From NCBI GenBank assembly GCA_038889075.1, contig JAWAHS010000010.1, positions 1 through 22,968 on the forward strand: a stretch of DNA of 22,968 nt, in the 5' to 3' direction. Both the position numbers and the translations under genes were made by a program. Numbering within the stretch: the stretch's first letter is position 1; the number at the start of each line of letters is the position of its first letter. The stretch is from Ignisphaera sp. (lineage in GTDB: Archaea > Thermoproteota > Thermoprotei_A > Sulfolobales > Ignisphaeraceae). The notes beneath the pieces were generated by a model, which searched no databases, was not told where the DNA came from, and was given only the letters and a program-made list of their open reading frames with translations. This document shows positions 17,141 through 22,968 of this stretch, piece by piece.

Positions 17141-17426
17141 AGGTATTACTAGGGATCCGCATTTCAAACTTCTATCATTTCTAATAACAAGTGCCAGGGG
17201 ATGTGTCGATGAACCCTCACTCTACGGCACCCTAAGACTCATAGATGCAGCAGCGAGATTGATAGATATAATGAAGGAGGAGGGGAAAGCGACGGAGGAG
17301 CTACTCAATCTCAAGAAAACAATAGAGGAGAATATCGCTCTCGTAATGTACGATGAAAAGGCATATATAGAGTTTCTAGATAGATTAGTAAGAGATCTAG
17401 CCAAGATTATTAAGAAAGCATCTTGA
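17127..17426 (+). CDS. Small helical protein, DUF6092-like
   Basis: LITSARGCVDEPSLYGTLRLIDAAARL motif; GAGGTGG RBS; overlaps the nitroreductase stop by 14 nt. Confidence 0.7.
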   Translation: MKGTEGITRDPHFKLLSFLITSARGCVDEPSLYGTLRLIDAAARLIDIMKEEGKATEELLNLKKTIEENIALVMYDEKAYIEFLDRLVRDLAKIIKKAS

Positions 17427-17606
17427 CAGTAGAAGCACACACTCTACTACCCCTACTTATACTTATACAATCTACCTCCAAAGACCCCTCAAATCACAAA
17501 CAGTTAGACAGTTAATTAATATAATCTATATAAATCATAGTAGTACTAGCTATTAACAGTACAACCGCTGTTATAGAACGATCGATGCTGATCCACCGGT
17601 GTTTTC

Positions 17607-18179
17607 ATGGGCAGGATCTACATAGGTATCGACCTTGCAGCAAAGGAGAATAGGTGTAGCGGCTTTGCATACATCGCTTGTAAGGATGCGTGTAGGGTTG
17701 CAGAGGTTCGCTGTTTGTATGGTGATAGCGATATTCTAGATGCTGTAGCTAGGCTTCTTAGAGATGATCGCAGCCTATATGTTTCAATAGATGCACCTTT
17801 TAGTTTAGGTAGTGGAATGAGAAAGGTTGATAGGAAGATGATTTCACTAGGATTTAGGGTATTTCCTCCAGGTTTCTCATATATGGGGATGCTAACGGTA
17901 AGGGCTATGAAGATTGTTAGCAGCCTTAAGAGTCTAGGGGTTACCAATATATATGAAACGCATCCGAGGAGCTCTATGTTAAGTAGTGGGTGTGGCGATG
18001 TTGCAGAGGTTCTGGATAGGCTAAATGTTGTATCCACCGATAGAGTGGATAGACTTGGTAGAGATCAGATCGATGCTATAGTGTGTGCAGCAGTGGCCTA
18101 CTGTATAGATAGAGGTTGCTATATGAAGATTGAGGAGGTGGATGGAATTATATGGTTGCTGGATAGGGTGTGTGTATAG
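17607..18179 (+). CDS. DUF429 family predicted nuclease (RNase H-like fold)
   Basis: IGIDLAA, SIDAPFS, RKVDR, YETHP, DQIDAIVCA acidic motifs. Confidence 0.8.
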   Translation: MGRIYIGIDLAAKENRCSGFAYIACKDACRVAEVRCLYGDSDILDAVARLLRDDRSLYVSIDAPFSLGSGMRKVDRKMISLGFRVFPPGFSYMGMLTVRAMKIVSSLKSLGVTNIYETHPRSSMLSSGCGDVAEVLDRLNVVSTDRVDRLGRDQIDAIVCAAVAYCIDRGCYMKIEEVDGIIWLLDRVCV

Positions 18180-18287
18180 TTAGCTATAGTGGATTTCCAT
18201 ACGGGCACTGAAAAGCAGTTGAGGAAATCCACATCCATTCTACTTCAGCTAGCTAACTATTTTAAGGCTGTTTTGATACTTCTCAAT

Positions 18288-19349
18288 ATGGTAGCAGTGG
18301 ATGTAGAATCTATGCCGAAAATCATAGGCTTTTCAAGAAATAGGTACTACATCTACATCGATGATCTTCCTCTTCTAGGTCACATTGCATTTGGTGTTAT
18401 CGATAGAGGAACAAATGTTATTCAGATAAGACCAACAACAGTATGTCCATACAACTGTATATTCTGTAGCGTTGATGCAGGTCCTTTCTCAAGAAATAGG
18501 CAATCGGAGTTTATTATTGATGGAAAGCTGCTTGTTAGATGGGTTAGGCAGGTTTATGATGCAAAGGGTGGAGAGGTTCTGGAGGGTCTAATCGATGGTG
18601 TCGGCGAACCCCCTACACATCCACAGATTGTGGATATTGTTAGGGAATTGAAGAGCTTTCTACCTCGGGTAGCCATGGAGACTAGGATAGGTACACTTAC
18701 GAAGGAACTTATAGATAGGCTTGAGGAGGCAGGTCTCGATAGATTAAATGTAAGCATCGATACCCTAGATGAGGGGAAGGGTAGGTATCTCCAAGGTGTT
18801 GAATGGTACAGTGTTAGAAGGGCTATGAAGCTTATAGAGTACACTGTTAAGGAAACTAGTATAGATGTTCACTTAACACCGGTTTGGATTCCACGTGTAA
18901 ATGATGTGGATATTGAGAACATTATTGCATGGGGTATTGAAATAGGTGTTGGAAAGAGGTTTCCACCATTTGGTATACAGAAGTATGAGGTTCACAAATA
19001 CGGAAGGAAGGTTGAGGGTGTAGAGAGGGTTGGATGGAGGAGATTTAGAGAGTTTCTCGAGAGACTGGAGGAAAAATACGGTGTACCACTTTACTATAGG
19101 AGGATAGATTTTGGGATGAAAAGGGCTAGGAGGCTTCCACTGAAGTATTCTAAGAGGGAGGTTATACAGGCTATCATAATATCTCCTGGCTGGTTAAAGC
19201 ATGAGGTTATAGCTGTGGACAGAGAGCGTGAAGTATTGATTACAGTAGTGGGTATGGTATGGAGTCCGAATATGCAGGGAAGGGTTGTAAAGGTTACTGT
19301 AATCGATAATGTTGACGGTATATACATTGCAAAACCTCATGTAATGTGA
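18288..19349 (+). CDS. Radical SAM protein (COG2100-like archaeal family) with C-terminal beta-barrel
   Basis: PLLGHIAFGVIDRGTNVIQIRP, CPYNCIFC (CxxxCxxC), DGVGEP, GIQKY..HKYGRK; ATG 18288 lies about 24 nt after a TTTTAAG box, suggesting a leaderless mRNA. Confidence 0.85.
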   Translation: MVAVDVESMPKIIGFSRNRYYIYIDDLPLLGHIAFGVIDRGTNVIQIRPTTVCPYNCIFCSVDAGPFSRNRQSEFIIDGKLLVRWVRQVYDAKGGEVLEGLIDGVGEPPTHPQIVDIVRELKSFLPRVAMETRIGTLTKELIDRLEEAGLDRLNVSIDTLDEGKGRYLQGVEWYSVRRAMKLIEYTVKETSIDVHLTPVWIPRVNDVDIENIIAWGIEIGVGKRFPPFGIQKYEVHKYGRKVEGVERVGWRRFREFLERLEEKYGVPLYYRRIDFGMKRARRLPLKYSKREVIQAIIISPGWLKHEVIAVDREREVLITVVGMVWSPNMQGRVVKVTVIDNVDGIYIAKPHVM

Positions 19350-19389
19350 TCGACTGGAGGGATCCGTAAAGCTGCTTGACGTAGCGTAT

Positions 19390-20667
19390 CTACGTACCTG
19401 TACATCTATCTTCTATACCATGTTTTGAGAGGACATCTCTTAGAGTAACTATGAATTTTAGTGCAGATATGAATGTATCCACCTCATCTAACGTATTGTA
19501 TATGTAGTAGCTTGCTCTTACGGATCCCTTAAGCCCTAACCGATAGTGTAGAGGATGAGCACAGTGTCCACCGCTCCTCACAGCTATTCCAAATGAATCT
19601 AGAGCCTTTGCAACCACATGGTGATGGAGACCATTTACATTGAATGAAACTATGCCAGTCCTCTTCCTAGCATCTAAGGGACCTAGCACAGATATCTCAT
19701 TCTCTAGCTCTCTGAATCCCTTTAAGGTGTGTTCTGTCAACTCTATATCGTGTTGCCTAACATTCTCCATACCTATCCTCATCAAGTATCTAACGGCTTC
19801 AGCAAGCCCTATCATACCAGCTATATGGGGAGTACCTGCTATGAATCTCCATGGAAGGTCGTGCCACTCTATAGAATCAAGGGTAACATCCTTTATGGTA
19901 TCACCACCTACTCTAAATGGCTTCATCTCCTCCAGAACATCCCTTCTACCCCAGAGAATCCCTATACCAGTAGGGCCCAGCATTTTATGGCCGCTGAATG
20001 CAATGAAATCTATTCCTAGATCCCTTACATCTGTAGGTACATGGGGAACGTACTGAGCAGCATCACCAACAACTATAGCTCCTACGGAGTGTGCTACTTT
20101 GCAAATTCTCTTTACATCTACTATTGTACCGAGTACGTTGCTGGCCATTGTGATGGCGATAACTCTGGTCCTTTTATTCACCATCTCCTCAAACTGATCG
20201 TAGTTGATATCGCCATCCTCAGTAATGTCTACATATCTAATTACTGCACCAGTTCTCTCTGCAACGATTCTCCATGGAAGCATGTTGCTGTGGTGATCCA
20301 TAACTGTAAGTATGATCTCGTCATCCGGTTTCAGATTGAATAGACCCCATCCCCACGCAGCTATGTTGAGTCCATCTGTAGCATTCTTAACCTCTATAAC
20401 CTCCTCCCACGAATATGCATTGATGAACTTTGCTACAACATCGAGAGAATCTTCATACAGTGTGCTGGCTTCTTGGGAGAGTGTATGCATCCCTCTGTGT
20501 ACATTTGCATTGAATTCTCTATAGAATCTAGCTATAGCATCTATAACTTGATTCGGCTTATGTGTTGTAGCAGCATTATCAAAGTATATGAGTGGTCTTC
20601 CATTAATCTCCTTCTTAAGTATAGGAAAATCCTCTCTAATTGCCATGACATTGAACATTAGCCACAC
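19390..20667 (-). CDS. sufS: Cysteine desulfurase, SufS type (group II)
   Basis: IREDFPIL, YFDNAATTHKP, NVHRG, DHHSN.LPW, DAAQ, FSGHKMLGPTGIG (PLP Lys), RSGGHCAHP (catalytic Cys), RASYYIYNT; true start may be ATG 20658 or 20646. Confidence 0.93.
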   Translation of the reverse strand: MWLMFNVMAIREDFPILKKEINGRPLIYFDNAATTHKPNQVIDAIARFYREFNANVHRGMHTLSQEASTLYEDSLDVVAKFINAYSWEEVIEVKNATDGLNIAAWGWGLFNLKPDDEIILTVMDHHSNMLPWRIVAERTGAVIRYVDITEDGDINYDQFEEMVNKRTRVIAITMASNVLGTIVDVKRICKVAHSVGAIVVGDAAQYVPHVPTDVRDLGIDFIAFSGHKMLGPTGIGILWGRRDVLEEMKPFRVGGDTIKDVTLDSIEWHDLPWRFIAGTPHIAGMIGLAEAVRYLMRIGMENVRQHDIELTEHTLKGFRELENEISVLGPLDARKRTGIVSFNVNGLHHHVVAKALDSFGIAVRSGGHCAHPLHYRLGLKGSVRASYYIYNTLDEVDTFISALKFIVTLRDVLSKHGIEDRCTGT

Positions 20668-20837
20668 CTATACAAGGTACCGCTCATAATATAGGAGTAG
20701 TGATATAGAGGATTTTTAACCTTAGTGTAGCCTGCGTACCTCTATCTATTCAATGCTCGGTGTTTCACGGTATATAACACCTATAGATTTTTATATCTGA
20801 GGACATGGAGTCCCTACTCTGTGAGGTGAGGGCTGTA

Positions 20838-22968
20838 GTGAACTTATGGGATGTTGAGAGGAGGATATTCGACATAATGGCGTCGTCTATAATAAGGATT
20901 GTTCCGATTCTGGATTGGTCTTCTGCTGATGGAAGAAACATTAAGCTGCCCATAGCCGCTGAAACAACCCCCGATAAGTTATTTACATTTAGAACAAGGA
21001 TTTCAGTGCCTACTAAAACCCGATACTCATCGACGTGGTTTCTAAAGATAGTCCTTCAGGGCAATGCGCTACTTAAAGTCGATGGAGAATCGTATGGAGG
21101 TATAGATGAGGCACATACATATGTACCTATGGAGCCGGGTGAGCACGAGCTTGAGCTTAGAATATCGCCTAGAACAATGTTCGGTTTCCACAGATGGTAT
21201 ATGGGTTTTGAAAATGCCTATCTCGTTGAAGTTGAATGGAGCATTATTAGATTGGGTCTTAGACTCCTAGCGCTATTGAGCTATGTAGAGCAGCTACCAA
21301 AGGAGGACCCCGTGAGGAAGGATATAGAGACGCTACTCTATGAAATCATCTCTGGTGTAAGGGTGGTACCAGCAGTTTGGCAAATTACGCTACTCATATC
21401 GCTACTGTATGAAAGACCCCTTGCCCAGTACTTTAATAGAAGGGATCTGAGAAATCCGTATGGAGACTATCTATATCTCTCCGGTGTCTATGGTATAGGG
21501 ATTCTGAAGGGGTATCTAGAGGAGCCTGGTGCAAACTATACACCCATAGGCGATGCCATTTCAATCTCTAGAACGATTGAGGGTAGGCTATTTGAGGGGC
21601 TTAAGAAGATTAGTGAAAGATATGGTAAGAGTGGTCTCATACTCATAGCGGGGCATAGCCACATAGATGCTGCTTGGCTCTGGCCAAGAAGTGAAACCAT
21701 TGAAAAGACTCTGAGAACATTTTCAACAATTGTTAGATTAGCTAAGGAGTACCCCAACTTTACGTTCGTACAGAGCTCTGCCCAGTACTATGAATGGGTT
21801 GAGAAGCTGGATCCAAAACTATTTGAAGAGATTAGAAGGCTCATCACGGACGGTAGATGGATTATCGTTAGCGGTATGTGGGTTGAAAGCGACGTTCAAC
21901 TAGTAGATGGAGAGTCTCTAGCTAGGCAGTTCCTCTATGGACAGAGGTACTTCCTATCAAGATTTGGAAGAATATCGAAAATCGGCTGGATACCGGATAG
22001 CTTCGGATTTGCAGGATCGCTGCCACAAATTATGAGAAAGAGTGGTATAGAGGTATTTGTAACACACAAAGTTATGTGGAATGATACAAATCCATTCCCA
22101 CTGCACTCATTCATATGGAGGGGTGTAGATGGAACCGAGATACCTGTACAGATACTTGTAACCTCGTACAATGAGACCTTAACCCCTGTATCGATTGATA
22201 AATACTGGACCGTGTATAGGAATAAGGATGAGGTACCATTCCTCATCTACAGCTACGGCTATGGAGATGGTGGTGGTGGACCAACAAGGGAGATGCTAGA
22301 GTATGTAGATTTGATAAATGCCATGCCGAGAATTCCGATGGTTTCCCACTTCAATGAGAATGAATACATAGAGGCTCTAAAGAAGCATCTAGCAAAGCTA
22401 CCTACATGGAGCGACGATCTCTATGTCGAGGTGCATAGAGGTACCTATACAACTAATTTACCCGTTAAGGAGTATATGGCTAGGGCGGAAATTGCCGTAA
22501 GAGAGTACGAATCTATAGCATCTCTTGCTGAGATTCTCAAGGTTTCACACTACAATAAGGAGGAGATTGATGAACTATGGAAGCTCGTACTGTTCAACCA
22601 GTTCCATGATGTGATACCGGGTTCGTCAATTAAAGAGGTATACGATGATACATTAAACGATCTCTCGAAAGTTGTAGAGAATTCAAATAGAGCCTATGCA
22701 GAGTATGCAAAATGTATTTTAGCTAGATCTAAATCTACAGACCGAGGTATTGCCGTATTTAATGTACTTCCATGGAGGAGAAGGGATATCGTTAAAGTAG
22801 GTAAGGGTTTAGGGGTACCTGAGGGAGCTGAGTGTCAGGAGGATGCAGATAGCTACTACCTCTATGTAGAGGCGCCACCCATGGGATACAGGTTCTACAA
22901 ATACCTACAGGGAGTGTGTAGAGCTTCAGAGGGTGTAAGGGTCTACGAGCATCAGGACGGTATTGTAA
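20838..22968 (+). CDS. Alpha-mannosidase, glycoside hydrolase family 38 (3' end outside the window; absent from the ORF track)
   Basis: Open frame to the window end; GHSHIDAAWLWP, QSSAQYYEW, GMWVESD, GESLARQFLYGQRYF, WIPDSFGF, YGYGDGGGGPT, HRGTYT, NQFHDVIPGSSI; GAGGTGA RBS at 20823-20829, TTTTTATA at 20788-20795. Confidence 0.93.
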   Translation, partial: MNLWDVERRIFDIMASSIIRIVPILDWSSADGRNIKLPIAAETTPDKLFTFRTRISVPTKTRYSSTWFLKIVLQGNALLKVDGESYGGIDEAHTYVPMEPGEHELELRISPRTMFGFHRWYMGFENAYLVEVEWSIIRLGLRLLALLSYVEQLPKEDPVRKDIETLLYEIISGVRVVPAVWQITLLISLLYERPLAQYFNRRDLRNPYGDYLYLSGVYGIGILKGYLEEPGANYTPIGDAISISRTIEGRLFEGLKKISERYGKSGLILIAGHSHIDAAWLWPRSETIEKTLRTFSTIVRLAKEYPNFTFVQSSAQYYEWVEKLDPKLFEEIRRLITDGRWIIVSGMWVESDVQLVDGESLARQFLYGQRYFLSRFGRISKIGWIPDSFGFAGSLPQIMRKSGIEVFVTHKVMWNDTNPFPLHSFIWRGVDGTEIPVQILVTSYNETLTPVSIDKYWTVYRNKDEVPFLIYSYGYGDGGGGPTREMLEYVDLINAMPRIPMVSHFNENEYIEALKKHLAKLPTWSDDLYVEVHRGTYTTNLPVKEYMARAEIAVREYESIASLAEILKVSHYNKEEIDELWKLVLFNQFHDVIPGSSIKEVYDDTLNDLSKVVENSNRAYAEYAKCILARSKSTDRGIAVFNVLPWRRRDIVKVGKGLGVPEGAECQEDADSYYLYVEAPPMGYRFYKYLQGVCRASEGVRVYEHQDGIV

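Noticed and set aside
17427-17606. Possible ncRNA in the intergenic gap after the operon
   Set aside because: AT-rich with no stable stem, tRNA fold or clear C/D boxes; explained by terminator and promoter sequence
20765-22246. Short minus-strand ORFs at the right end
   Set aside because: They are antisense to the GH38 gene

Overview
Archaeal chromosomal DNA, most likely from a thermophilic crenarchaeote (Desulfurococcales/Ignisphaera-like). This is inferred from TATA/BRE promoters, GGTGA ribosome-binding sites, AGA/AGG/ATA/CTA codon use and the gene families present. From left to right the window holds: a COG1672-type archaeal ATPase preceded by a perfect 38-bp palindrome; a decayed hydrogenase/sulfite-reductase Fe-S subunit; a cyclophilin-like (TM1367-type) protein; a tiny membrane protein plus a sodium:solute symporter; a threonine-synthase-like protein that has lost its PLP lysine and gained a C-terminal wHTH, followed by an ECF transporter (S, AA', T); a DHH phosphoesterase; and a decayed region with a 37-bp tandem duplication. 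Next comes the most notable block: an OPT transporter divergent from a tight 7-gene operon (DUF1177, Asp/Glu/hydantoin racemase, DUF917 with an apparent CTG start, AroM, M29-like peptidase, nitroreductase, DUF6092), which looks like an uncharacterised catabolic system. The window ends with a DUF429 nuclease-fold protein, a COG2100-type radical SAM protein, SufS and a GH38 alpha-mannosidase that runs off the edge. No rRNA, tRNA, CRISPR array or IS element was recognised. Family assignments come from motif recognition, not database searches.
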